64,000 nt of DNA from Octopus vulgaris (GCA_951406725.2 OX597814.1:73656001-73720000), one strand, 5' to 3'. Positions 1 to 13,579 are shown, counted from the first letter of the stretch. Translations and numbers: made by a program. Notes: generated from the letters alone by a model not told the origin.

Positions 1-321
1 CATCACATTAAGTAATGTTTTCAACTGCCAGGTCATATCCTAATTCAAATATAGCAATGCGTTTCCATTGGACATTTCTAATATAATTTTTTGCCTTATG
101 CTACTTGTTTGGAGTTAAAATTTCTAATCCCCTTACTCATTTATAGAGGGAATGTCTCTGATACCTCTTTACTTATATTTTCAAATAACCGTTATAGTTT
201 TTAGTTATAGTTAATATTTAACTTGACGTACATCTCTTTCTCATAAGGATGAATATGAATCTCCTAGAGTCTATTCTTCTGCTGCTTCCTTTCTCAAGTT
301 CATTCTAAATTTTGTTTATAC

Positions 322-444
322 TTCTTGCACTGAAGAGTACATTGATATATATAATTAATTCATTTAATTAATTTAATCTAATTCAATTCAATCATGATTT
401 TGCATGATATTTATATCTCTGTACGAAACGTTCGTCTGCATGAA
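322..444 (+). ncRNA. Type I hammerhead ribozyme motif with long stem II, probably in a PLE 3' terminal repeat remnant
   Basis: Stem I ttc-t-tgca(322-329)/tgca-t-gaa(437-444); core CTGAAGA 330-336; stem II gtaca/tgtac extended by gatata/tatatc; GAAA 425-428; minimal stem III c-gttc-g; GTC triplet 434-436. Confidence 0.8.
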
Positions 445-676
445 TTAAAATTCTCTTATATATTTTAACAACTTGTCTTCTCCATTTTTAACTAAATTGA
501 TGCGTTTTGTGGGATTTCGTTCCATAAATTTACAACACATCATATACAAGTATTATTTTCATATTCGCAAATTTATGCCTGTAAACCGCCAGCAAAATAT
601 GAAGAATCAACATTAGAAATCTGTTTTGGAAACCTCCAAATTAAAGGACGAATCTACAGTCAACCTTTTTACACCT

Positions 677-694
677 ATATATATATATATATAT

Positions 695-726
<32 letters not shown>

Positions 727-792
727 TGTATGTATGTATGTATGTATGTATGCATGCATGCATGCATGTATGTATGTATGTATGTATGTATG
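677..792. repeat. (TA)n/(TATG)n microsatellite
   Basis: Direct reading. Confidence 0.95.
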
Positions 793-799
793 ATATCGT

Positions 800-2310
800 A
801 TAAACACCTGGAAGAAACTTGATTGTTGGATACTGGTACAAGAAACTAGCCTACCGACCATATTTTATCAACCTGCACCTGCAAGCCCTCAATGAGAATA
901 GTAGCACACCAGAATGGTTAGCTCTGGGAAAGACAAAACTGATTCCGAAAAGCAGAACCACTCACATGGCAAAAAACTACCGGCCAATAGTACGTAAGAA
1001 CTTAATCCATAAAATATATGCAGTATGTTTAAACCTCTTCTTCCAAGACCATTGTGAAAGTAATAACATTATCAAAGCAGAACAAGCAGCTGAGAAGAAA
1101 GGAGTCTGAGAATGTACCGAGCAAAACTGTAATGTCATAGGTATGGGTGCATAGGGGAAACCTAGTTTCAATGTAGCTGGACTACAAGAAAGGCTTTATT
1201 TCCCACTCATGGATGCTAGAAGCCCATCGACTTGTTAAGGTTTGAGAGAGCATAGTCAAAGTCATAGCTGATCTGACATCATCGTGGGCCACCATCTTGA
1301 AGATAAATACAAAGAGTGATTGTATTATCACCGATAAAATACAGTATCACAAAGGTATATTCCGCTCTGTGATGCTGTTCATACTTTCTGTAAAACCCTG
1401 GTCATTCATGTTAAAGGAGTCTGAAGGGTGTCTCACTAGTTCACAAGGAAACAGAAATACCCAAATCATGCACTGATTCTTTGTGGATGACTTGAAATTG
1501 TACGTCAAGAATATGCATGAAAAAGAGCCTTGAGCTGGTTACCACATTCCCAAAGGATATAGGGTTGGAGTTTGGGCAAAAGAAATGTTGCTATATGGCT
1601 GGGAAAAGGGAAAACTGCAAACCATACTTGCAACATTTCCATCACTGACTTAACTGTTTCTCCTATATCTGATGTGGAATGTTTCAGGTACGTAGGGGTA
1701 TATGGAAACATATTTTTCAATGGTATCTGTAACAAGGCGCATGTCATTAAAAAATATTACAGCCGGATAAAGAAAGTGTGAACATAATAGATCAGAGATG
1801 GTATATTTGGGACAGAGAAGAAAAGTTGTGTACAGTAGTGGAAATCAGCTGCTCAGCAGATGATAACATTAAGCTGAAGATCAACGAAAAAGAAAATACC
1901 TACACTGAACTATTGAGAAATCTACTGTTACTCTACATAGATTAAAAGTTAATGTTTATACGTGTGATTATTGGGGCAATGGGATATGTAACACACTGCC
2001 TAAGTACTAATCTTGAGAAATTAAGCTTCTCAAAACCAGAAAGGTGAAAGCTGATTCGAAGACTACAGATCCATTCCACAAGTGAAACTGTAAAGGTTTG
2101 TAAAACTTTCCAGAAGATTATCATTTAGGTATATATGAGGATATCTAGATATGCATCTATATGCATGAGAATACATATATAAAATAAAACATACAGATCT
2201 GCACATATACTGACTCCCAATACTGCACACAGACACACACACACATGCAAAAATGCCCTGTTGGTGTTGAAATTCTAATGAATGAGCTTTCGATTTCGGT
2301 TAGAAACCGT
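800..2310 (+). mobile_element. Degenerate R4/Dong-type (RLE) non-LTR retrotransposon, internally deleted
   Basis: RT motifs PG..IVGYWYKKL, LIPK..NYRPI, LDYKK, FFVDDLKLY; jumps at ~1780 to the RLE/C-terminal region; homologous to 23630-25520; stops and frameshifts; 3' end cut near the mariner. Confidence 0.85.
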
Positions 2311-2327
2311 ACGTACGTACATACATA

Positions 2328-3205
2328 CGAGAGGGTATCAAACGTTTCCAGAACTAGTTATGTTTAATAAAAAAAATAATGTAATTACCTAAGTTTTAAC
2401 ATCATCTCCTTCGAAATAGTCCACCTTGTGCAGCAATACACCGATCTCAGCGTTCCTGTCACTTTGGAATCCGACCTGGAAGTAATTTTCTGTAAGCGAG
2501 TCGAGGACCTTCCGCAATTCGCTCTGGATCCCGGCAATGATATTAAAACAGCAACATTTGAGCTGCCTTTTCATCTTGAGAAAGAGATGAAAGTTCGCAG
2601 GTGCTAAATCTGCAAAAGCATGTTGCTTTTGGCGAGAAACTCATGAGTGTGGAGAGCTCGGTGAAGAATCCAATTCTTCGCGCTCCACAGATCCGGTCGC
2701 TTTCGACGAATGTCCTCCTTCAAACATTTCAAAACGTCGCAGTAGAACTCTCGAGTGACGGTCTGGCCCAGAGGGACAAATTTTCGATGCACAATACCAC
2801 ATTTCCGGGGGTGACAGCCGTGGCAGGTCTTCCAGTTCGTTCATCGTTTTCCAGAGACGCTCTTCCGCTTTTGAAGCGCCCTTGCCATTCGAAATATTGT
2901 TTCCGACCCATTGCCTCGCCGCCATAAGCTTGCCAAAGCATGCTCAATGTCTCTGTAGATGATTGTCCAAGTTTAACACAAAATATCACGTTGGTTTTTG
3001 TTCTTGTCCATGACAACATCGCAGACTACAGTATACACATGATCCCAAATACACAAATTACACAACTTGCGAAGTAGGCACGGCGATGTCAATCGGCACA
3101 CTACCGCATGAAGGTCACTCCTAGCTCACACTGCGCACGCAACCGTGTGTTGATATCTGTTGGCGCGCTACAGAATTAGTCCGGGAACTTTTTGATACCA
3201 CCTCG
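2328..3205 (-). mobile_element. Internally deleted mariner DNA transposon
   Basis: TIRs cgagagggtatcaaacgtttcc / rc cgaggtggtatcaaaaagttcc with TA on both sides; minus-strand fragments IFCVKLG..QAYGGEAM..W..RFKSGRASLENDERTGRP and FVPLGQTV..FYCDVL..RRKRPDLW..WILH. Confidence 0.9.
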
Positions 3206-3245
3206 TACATACATACATACATACATACATACATACATACATACA

Positions 3246-3277
<32 letters not shown>

Positions 3278-4212
3278 AACATACATACGTAGACTGAAAT
3301 ATATTTCATTTATAAGTTAAATTGATTTTGAGCTCATTTTTACGAATAAAGGTTGGTTTGCTCTGAAGCAAGCATAACAAAAAGAAAGGTTTGATATCTA
3401 GGAAGTCGTCTAAAACATGTTAGCTATATATTTGATACTTTGCTCAATTATTGTTTGAAGCAATTTTACGGAACCGAAATGTTCAATGAAATTACTCAGA
3501 AACATTGTTGTCTGTTATGTAAAACAGCATTTCCATGTTTTATACATCAACATTTCTGGATTGAGCTCGATAATTTGCATGGATTCATTGTCATATAATA
3601 GTGGTAATTTGCATTAAAATTTTTTATGGAGGTGGTTATTGTTTTTTCTTTTAAATTTAGTCTGCTAATGGCTTCTTCGTAATTACTGTGTTATTATTTA
3701 CAATTTACATAACTTCTATTTACGTTGACATCTCTATGGTGTGGAAAAACACATTACAGAAACTGTTATGCAAACGTAAAGAAGATGCTATATACAGTGA
3801 TGGAAATAAATTGCAGAGGAACGTAGGTGTACGGAGTCCCCTTATTTGTCAGCTCACAGTGAGGAGTAGCATATAGTGCTTAGTCTCATTTTCCTAATCT
3901 CAGTCTCTCTTAGTGTAGTACTAGTTCCTAAATCTATGATATATATATATATATACACATACAGCACTTATTTTAGTGCTGTTGACACCACCGGATTGAA
4001 TGGTACTGCCCAGGTGTCGAAACCATAGTGATATGCGTGGGGCAGCTGATGATGGAGGTATGTTGAATTGTTGGTATGGCTGTATTTGCGGAATAGTTTT
4101 ATGACATCCATTTGATACATACATACATACATGCATACATACATACATAAATACATACATACATACATACATACATACGTACATACATACATACGTAATA
4201 TATACATGCATG

Positions 4213-4269
<57 letters not shown>

Positions 4270-7200
4270 CACGCAGATGATGTTACTGCTTTTTTCAGTC
4301 TCCTTCTGTAATATATTATAGACAATTATTTTAGACCAAAATTTAATATTTACAATTTGACATCTACCAAGCCCTTACGAAATTAACCTAGTTCACATTG
4401 ATTGTCAAGGTATTCAACTTATTGTGTTATAAAGCTACTATGTATCATAATGAGTTGTTTGAAATAATAAAGCAATAGTTATACTGGGATAGAATAATGT
4501 AATGTATTTTTTTATTTTATTCACTGAAAGTAAATCTCAGATGTTACTTAGCCGGTGGGTATGGACATTAATATAAATGTTAACCTTACTTCCTTAATTG
4601 TCACGCCAACATATCCCACATTTTCGTTTTTATTTAGATTTCACAAAAGATTCATCACAGTCTGTATGAAATCTACTATATATTTTTAAAAGCTCACAAG
4701 ATATTGATTGTTGAATGTACGTTATATGGACTTCGGTTGTTGTGTTAGCTTACAGAGTATTTAAACTTTAAATTTTTATTTTATATAGTTCCAAAGACGT
4801 TTATGTGGGAGAGCACTAGAGGAGTGACTGTTAAAAAGCATTAACACTGATTAATATTGAATCAAATTGACTGAGATGGTTGTCAAATAGATTAATGTAA
4901 AATTATTGAACCTCACTTAATAAATTTAATGTATTACAAACTTTCCTATTGGCCGAGGAATGAACCAATCCAGTCCCTGTTCTCAAAAAGACAAACAATA
5001 CAACTAAATATTTTATCATTCAGCCAAACATCCAAAAAAAGAATTTGAATGTGATGCTTTAAAGTTATGGAAAATGCAAATAGAACAAAACACTAGAATA
5101 ATTCAGGAAATTCGATAACAGTTTGCCTCACAGTCGTCTATTCTCCTAATTTTATCTGCTTCAAGAGAAGTTGCCTTTGAAATGACAATAGAAAACTATT
5201 ATGGAAATTAATGTAAAGAAATTAATTATGAGAATATATTTCCTTCAAGAAAATAACTCTAAGTAGGAGTTTCTAACTTTCAGCATTTTTGTGTATGCTT
5301 TTCAAGATGTATTTAATTATTTTACTGTTGTCAGTCTCAAATGATGCGCTTAAAGAAGTAATAATAACAATGTGGAAATTTAATCAGCCTCATTACAAAC
5401 TAGTCAAATTTTAATAACCAATTTTGGTAATCTGGTAGAATTTCGATGCATAAGCATGAAACACCCAAGTACTAAGGAATTACCTATCCAGTGCTTAATG
5501 CAATTGTTCATTGTCTTAAAACAATGAACAATTGTTCCAGAGAAGATATGCACACCTAACGAATAATGAGGATTTCGATTTTGTCAGGTCTCATTTGTTC
5601 AGCTACATCATCTTTCAGGCTTAATATTTTAATTAAAATCCAGAATACTGAAAGTTCAAGGAATATTACGCATCACTACATCAGAACAGATGAATTGTAC
5701 AATTTAACATAAAGAAGTATTTCTATCAAAGTTGGGAATGAAATTCACTAGTTTGTCTCTTCAAGATCAAGAGATATTCCGAAAAGTATAATAGAGCTGA
5801 CTATTCACATACAAATATTGAGGAAGCCGAGAAATATATATTTCAAAATCTTTAAAGTACATTTTTTTTTGTGTGGCTGCTGATGTTTCGTACACGCTTT
5901 CGTACACGCCACGCGTATTCCTTTATAATAAAATTCGAAAATCTTTTTTCAGCAGTAATGTTCGAGAATTAATGCGTACATAAACGGAAAGGAGGTGATA
6001 TTGCGTTAAGTATACGATTATAAAGAATACTCATGAGCAGCAACTCTGACAGTACACCAATTATCCATTGTATATATAATGATCTCATATATCTTCACAA
6101 ATTCCCAAAGCTTAAAAAGTAAAATAATTGAAGATACCACAGAATATAACTTTTACTTATCGTATAGCTAGAAATAATTGCAAGTTACCTCTGGTTCCAC
6201 TATTGGAGACATTCAAGTTATGTGACAAAATTGGCTCCAAATGAATCTATTTCATGTCATTTCGTTTTATGCTTCTACTTATTTCATTGCTTTTACGTCG
6301 TTAATTTTCTTTAGGAAGCTGTGAACGCCATTGAATATAGAACCTTTTGTTATTACTATTTAGTCTGAATTCCAAATTCGATGCTAAACTAAATTAAAAG
6401 CTTCATAACAAAACAACGAGCTGAAAATAATATAATAAAGTAAACAATACAACACTAAGACCAAATTATCTTGATTGTTTACTCTCTTTACACCTTGTAA
6501 TGTGTCTTCAACACACAAGTGTTGGGTCAATGAGAACCAGAATTAAGAAATATTGATTGATGAGTAACTGTTCAATATCAGAATAGCTATTAACGGCCAT
6601 CAGTTGCCAAAATAAAACACGTGAAAATCTAGCTGTTGAGATGTAGCAGTCATAAATCAATAAAAATATGTTAATCTCAAAGGCTTGCACTGTAGATTAG
6701 ATGCAATATCCTAGTAAACTGAATAACAACAAGTTTCGGTTCGCACTCATGACGAACGAATTCAGCTGTTTAGTCTCACAGAAGAAACTTTATACATTAG
6801 ATTATATAATGTGGTTCTTCTTTCAGTGACACAAGTTGAAGAAGAGTACAGTTGAAGAAGAGTACATTTATATTTGAGAAATGAATATATTCATTTCTGA
6901 AGCAATCATAAACTTCTTTTTCCCTTTTTGTCTTTTCCAAATCCTACTTATATTCTAATATAAATGCACAAGGTTGTGGTTATTGTTGTTTAGCACCAAA
7001 TCTATGATAAATGGTCAAAAGCGTTCCGTCTATGTTCATCCAATTATTTTCAAACATAGTGTATCCAGAACTACCTTATTCAATATTTCCCCTCCCTTAT
7101 TTAATGGGTTGAGATGTGGTTTGAGCAAGTACTGCTTGCTACTAGTTACAGGTCAGTGAACCACTTAACGGCTTTTTCGATGGCTCTTCAAAGTACGAGT

Positions 7201-7344
7201 GTTTGAGTCAATACCACATTGGATGAATAGTTGAAGCATTGCATGCTGCAACAGACAACGTGATAAATCCATTGATCAAGCAACAACAAGTACGCTGTAA
7301 AATTAACGAGTAATTTATCATTTTGTTATTTTATTATTTCGTAG

Positions 7345-7535
7345 GGCTAAGGCGATGGGCTGGAAGAATCATAAATACGTCAGACAAAATGCTTAGCAGT
7401 ATTTTCTCAGTCTCTTTACGTAACAGAGATCTTCCTTTCGGTCAATAAAATAAAATAGCAGTCAAGTAATGGAGTCGATGTATTCGACTAACCTCTCTTA
7501 AAACTATTGGCCTGGTACCAAAATTTGAAGCAGTT
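7345..7535 (+). mobile_element. Degenerate SINE, same family as 21229-21445
   Basis: aaggcgatgggctggaagaatc head ... gtcgatgtattcgact ... ccaaaatttgaa tail. Confidence 0.6.
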
Positions 7536-8202
7536 TTTTTGTAGGACTGAGTTTAGTCCTCTCTTTCTTTTTTCTTCTCTTTCACTCCTTTTCCCTCCCT
7601 TCTTTCTTCTCTGTCTCCTTTCCGCTCTCTGTTGTACACCCATATTCTTTCTTTTATTCTTTTGCTATTTTATAACGAAGGCTGCGTCATACTAGAACAC
7701 CGCATAAGCAATTGCAGATATTTCTCCAGCCTTCTTTCTGTAATTAGCTTTTGGTGATTAGCTGCTGCCCTGAGTTTAGTTTTTGCCTCGATACTGATTC
7801 ATGAATTCATGTATATTCACAGCAGATAGATTTCTCAACTTCATTGTAAGACATTAAAGAGCTATGAACCTTTGAACACCAAACTGTATTTGGTCCTATC
7901 TTTTCATGGAAACTTGGCAGTATTTGGTCTTGTCTTTTGATGGAAACTTTGGGGTTTTGCAGAAGCGACTGGTTCGGAGATTGATATTACTCTCAATGCC
8001 GAATTTTGATGTTAACTCTTCATGCATTTTCTATATATAAATCATTGTATGTCTTTCCCAACTTCTCTCTTGGGAGCTGAATTTTAGCCCTTACAACCTC
8101 TCCTACAAGCTTCACTGTTGCGTTGAGGCTATTTTCTTTGTGTAGCAGCAACAGATTACTTCATGTAAGCAACAATTAAACATAGATCTGTATATTCTTA
8201 TT

Positions 8203-8480
8203 CATCATCATCATCATGTGACCGACCAGACCATCAGATGTTGCTACATATCGCTGGTCACAATGCACTTCGCATTGTTTTAGCCTTCGAATGACGCCAC
8301 CCCGCTGGCTAAGCGAACAGGCCAACAGAAGAAAGAGTGAGAGAAAGAGTGGTGAAAGAGTACAGCAGGGATTACCACCCCCTGCCGGGGCCTCGTGGAG
8401 CTTTTAGGTGTTTTCGCTCAATAAACACACACAACGCCCGGTCTGGGAATCGAAACCGCGATCCTCCGACCGCGCCTCCA
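8203..8480 (-). mobile_element. tRNA-derived SINE with (ATG)n tail and 10-bp TSD
   Basis: Minus strand tggaggcgc...ggtttcgattccc (B box); body shared with the 48624 and 55093 copies; TSD tattcttatt at 8193-8202 and 8483-8492. Confidence 0.85.
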
Positions 8481-10708
8481 CGTATTCTTATTACATACAC
8501 ATATATATATACATACGTGCATATATATATATATATATATACGCACACGGACATATATATAGATATAGATTGTATACATAGATACACACATACACACGCA
8601 CACATGAAATGATGTGTGTATTCATTCTGAACACATTTCAACAGATTTGAACGTGAATATGCCATTCGGTAAGTAGTGCATTTCATTTTCCGAGAACAGC
8701 AAAACAACTTCTCCCTTTCAACAGTGTACGCTTACAACAAAAACAACTCGGTAATATAATGGATTCCGAGGCACTGATTATTTGACATGATTGTACCTCT
8801 TTAGCCAGAGTTGCCGAAGGTTCTCTGAATCTGAACAAGAGTAATTGTTCATGTTTATAGAATTCATCAAATTGTTTGCTGTTAGAGCTAAATGTCTGCC
8901 AATAATATATTACTATTTCGCGTTTGTTGTCAACAGGCATTGTGTAAAGAGAGTTTCTGTTCTCTGGTGAAATATAACAGCGAATACCATATTTACGTTC
9001 AAATCTGCCAGAACTTGTTAGGAATGAACAGCTAGGTCATTCTTTTGACTCATGATGTTATCCTTGCTCATAACACCCATGCAAACACCCACACATATCA
9101 CTTTATAGCGTGAATTTAATTAAAATAGCCTTCTGTGTACCACACTTAATGAAAATACAAGACGTAAGGCCAAATTAACTGCGGTATTCGTCCGGATCTG
9201 TTATGTACGTAATCACTGATTTTTTTATGTATGTGTGATGACAGATTTTATTTTAGCATGTGGTTGTTGTATTTGTTACTAAGAAAACTCCAAAAGGCAG
9301 AAATGTACATCTGGCATTCTCACATCGCTTCTGGAGGAATTTCGTCAATTACTGACTTATTTGTGCTATTTAACACACCGGATCCATAAGAGCTATTATG
9401 TCATGACCGATACCGTAATAAATTTTAAATTTTAATATTGTATGATACATAGACTGCTTCTTAACTCTAAGACTGCTTCTGTTGCACATAACACATTTTA
9501 ATATAAATGCCATTATCTTCATCTCCATCCTGAACAAATCTGTAGAGTTCTAATAATATATTTGTGAGACAGTTTTAAATGAAAATCAAAGCATGTATTC
9601 GTTAAAGTTTCGACAGTTGAATAATCACCTATTTTGAACACGAAGAAAAATAAATTATCTGAGGGAATCGTCTTTTTGATATAATCTGTGTATTTAAATA
9701 AGAAATTACATGAAGATTATTTTAGCTATATATTTATACAATAACCGCGTCCAAGAGAGTTAGTAAGGAATAAAGACGTTCATCGTTTCGCCTAATCCAG
9801 TTTAATCCATCATAATCCATCGGGAGTAATGACTTTACAAGACTCTTCTTCGTTAGCTTTATGTTTCAGCAAGGGTCACGCTTATGCAATTTTACACTCG
9901 TGCACACACGCGCGCGCGCCACATAAATGTATATGTCGACATGCACGGAACAAGAAATAGAAATACGATTCAACTACAAAAGAAAATTATTGCAAGCAGT
10001 CAAAAGCACACACTCAAAAAAGGAAGTAATGACTGAAGAAAAGAAGAAAAGGGGGGAGGCACGAAGAGAATATGAAATGGAAAGTTGAGTGAGATAGAAA
10101 AATAATGAAGTATAGGTCAAAATGGAAAGCAGGAAAGAAAAACAAAGGCAAGAAGTAAATAAGGAAACAGAAAAGGAAACCGAGAGGGAGGCAGGTGCTG
10201 GGTAGGTGTGTGCCATATCAAACCAAATGAATTTTTCCTCTTTTGCGTGATATACAATTCTACATACAACCAGTGCAGAACTAAAAGTATCTCGAGAGCT
10301 GATATCAGCAATAACATTACAGTTCTCACCAATCAACCCAGTTGTTACATTTCTTCACAAGAAGATGTTTTAACTTTTCTCTTGGATAAATCATAGTATT
10401 TATTTTAAAATGAAATATTTGTTCTGTCAAACCAGGGGTATTCCCCGGCAGCTCTGTAAGAAACAGGGTCGCTACTGTGAGGCCATGTTTCTTAAAAAAA
10501 ATGGAACATTAGAATACCAGAAGCGATTCAATACAAAAGAAAATAATTTTTTTAACGAAAATATCAATAAATAATAATGATAATACCTTCAAACCCACCA
10601 ATGTGGGAGCTATAAATTGCAGCCAAATCTCGCTCAGATCCCATTATATCGTTTCAATAAGAAACTAGTTGACTGCAGTAATTTTGGGTATACTATGTTT
10701 AAAAAAAC

Positions 10709-10711
<3 letters not shown>

Positions 10712-10807
<96 letters not shown>

Positions 10808-10860
10808 TGTATGTATGTATGTATGTATGTATGTATGTATGTATGTATGTATGTATGTAT
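10712..10860. repeat. (TA)n(TATG)n microsatellite
   Basis: Direct reading. Confidence 0.95.
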
Positions 10861-11345
10861 TTATGGTTTGTACACAAATTTTCTGCGGTAGGGTGTCCTA
10901 GAAGATATCCCTATACGACACCCAGTGTTAAAGACCATTGAATGTCACAGACTAGACAAGAAGTTTATATCATTCGTTTCTCTGCATGTTTCACCATTCC
11001 ATCTCTTTACAACTTCTGCACTAGTTGTTCCAAGTGCAATTGGACGGTAAAACACAATGAACCATCAGGGAAACACTTTATGTTACAATCTTACATTTTC
11101 TTTTTGTATATTTTCCTCTCTCTCCTTTATGCGTTTTATCTCTCTCTGTTTCTCTCAATTTGCTCTCTATCTTCTTCCCTCTCGTCATTCTTACAACTTC
11201 TTCAGACATTTGATCACTATATTATAATACCACAAATGTTCAAAATTTCACCTGAAACCACAATGTGCGATTGAATCACAAAATTGAACCGTATGTAGAG
11301 AACAAATGATATAAACTTCTTGCCTACTCTCTGATATTCAGAGGT

Positions 11346-11383
<38 letters not shown>

Positions 11384-11574
11384 GCACACTTCTTTGCATA
11401 GTGTCATTCGACACGTAAGGGACCTGTAACCTCCGGCACTTCTTAGAATCCGTGATATATTTTAAATCTTTCCACATCGAACGTTTTTGTTTCAATTAAG
11501 TTTGTGCTCACTCTTATTTGTTTCTCTTTTGTGGAATCTGAGACAAGAACATTAAAAAGTAACTAGCTGGATGT

Positions 11575-11958
11575 GGTTAGGCCCAGTGAGAGGAGAATGG
11601 TGGTTTCGTCACAACAATGCGCAAAACAGTTTTTGACTAAAAATGGCATGACCCCGCTTATCCACCCTCCCTATTCACCCAGTCTTGCTCCCTGCTACAT
11701 TTTTTGTCCCCCCGAATGAAAAAGTCCTTAAAGGAAAACGTTTTGCAGATGTGGAAGAGGTAAAGAAAAAAACGACGGAGGCATTAAAAGGCATCACTTC
11801 ACAAGAGTTCCAGGACTGCTTCGAACAGTGAAAAATGCGCCTGGACCGATACATCGCTTCAATAGGAAAATATTTTGAATGTGTAAAAGTGTAAACATGT
11901 AAAACTTAGTGAATAAAAGAATGTTGCAAAATTCCGGTTTCTTTTGGGTACCCCCTCG
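11575..11958 (+). mobile_element. 3' fragment of mariner transposon
   Basis: HNNA (HDNA-like), HPPYSPSLAPC, LKGKRFADVEEV, CFEQ motifs; right TIR ending ...gggtaccccctcg followed by TA. Confidence 0.85.
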
Positions 11959-12032
11959 TACATATATGCATGCATGCATACATACATACATACATACATA
12001 CATACATACATACATACATACATACATACATA

Positions 12033-12562
12033 CATAATAGATGAGTCATAGAGATTTGGGATAGAGAAGAGAAACTGTAGCCTAAATCGGTTGCCCCACG
12101 GATTTCAGCATAAAGCTAACGATCAAAGAAAAACGAAACATCTACGCTGATCTATTTAGAAATTTACAGCTATTCCACTAGATTACAAATTTAGATTTAT
12201 GCCCTTAATTGTTAGGACTCTGGCCTTAGTATCAATTGTAAAATATTAAGGTTTTCAAAATCAAATATTAGAAAGCTAATTAGAATATTACGGTTACATG
12301 CCACTAATGGAACTGTCAAAATATGTAAAACTTTTCAAAACTTTATCACTTAAGTAGATATGTACATGTCTAGACATTCAACTATAAAACAAAATATACA
12401 TATCTGCACACGCACTGAGTCTAAATATTGCACACTTACACACAAAAAAATGCACAAATATCTTGTTGATGTTGAAATTCCAATGAAGGAATCTTGGATC
12501 TATGTTAGAAATCGGCTCTTTTTCCATTGGCAAGAAATCTAGAAATAAAATTAAATAATAAC
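12033..12562 (+). mobile_element. 5'-truncated R4/Dong-type LINE 3' end after a (TACA)n tract
   Basis: Homologous to 24858-25520 including the 3' UTR gttgaaattccaatgaagga...aaataataac. Confidence 0.85.
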
Positions 12563-12817
12563 GTACTAACGTACATATAGATATAGATATATATAGATAT
12601 ATATATATACATATAGATATATACGGATACATGTATATATATATATATATATATGTATACATGTATGCATGAGTGTTTGTGGTAAGAGTTTTGTGACAAC
12701 AACTAACGTAGTGATTGTAATATAAACATAGCCAAGTAATTTGATGTCTTTTAGAAAACGTGATACTATAACAGTTGGTGCTACCCCGCTCTGAAATGTT
12801 TTGCCTCTTTCATTAAG

Positions 12818-12863
<46 letters not shown>

Positions 12864-13237
12864 CCCCTGTCTCTGTTTCTATGTCTATCTTTCTGTCTCT
12901 CTCTTGCTCTCTCATTGACTTTTATGCCTGCTCATAAACGTTTAGGCGCATATGTCTTTCGTACTGCTCATATTCCTGCACATCTGGTACACACGTCTTT
13001 TGGAATGTAATTAGTATATACAGGCTAATTAATTGTATGGGTATCATAATTAAATTACAACATAATTGTTTTTTATAAGATTTCTATTTATCTATCTATC
13101 TATCCATCTATCTCGCTACTTAGGCATACATACATACATACATACATACATACATACATACATACATACATACATAATCCCTTCCCCAGAACGTAAATCG
13201 GGCAAGGCAAATGAAAAGATACAAAATATAATGATTA

Positions 13238-13302
13238 GTCACATACTAGGTTTCATTGTTACCATTTACATTAAGTAAATGTCTGCAAATCTTCAGTGTG
13301 AC
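13238..13302 (-). ncRNA. Type I hammerhead ribozyme motif
   Basis: Minus strand: gtcaca CTGAAGA t-ttg..catttac-ttaat-gtaaatg..caa-t GAAA cctag TA tgtgac; perfect 6-bp stem I, GTA triplet. Confidence 0.8.
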
Positions 13303-13579
13303 CGTCATAGAAAATATAATTTGCAGGTCTATACACGGGACGTCCTGCCGAGAGACAACATGCATACAGTTCTATCAATTATATTTTGGAGTATATTTCA
13401 AATGTCTTCGTTTCGGCGCGCCGAAGCCAGAAATGACTTCCGCAGAAAATAGTTTTCCGCATCGAAGCTTGCCGATTAGAGAACATGGTTATTTAAATTT
13501 AAATAATAAGGGTAAAAAATTGATATTAATTAGATTAATATCAATTTATACCAGTAGCCTAGCATATTGAAAAAAATTT

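Noticed and set aside
3962-4060. gacacc..ggtgtc GAAA hairpin with a nearby CTGATGA
   Set aside because: Core segments cannot be arranged into a valid type I, II or III hammerhead.
6725-6770. Minus-strand ctgaatt-cgttcg..cgaacc-gaaa motif
   Set aside because: G8/A9 missing and no proper NUH or stem I register.
7885-7950. Short tandem duplications (~33 bp here; 18 bp at 6835; 15 bp at 44370)
   Set aside because: Two or three adjacent units without spacers; slippage products, not CRISPR-like arrays.
4500-9100. Several coding-looking stretches (4600-5200, 6970-7300, 7700-8200, 8690-9050)
   Set aside because: Frequent stops and no recognisable motifs; probably old TE debris that I cannot assign.
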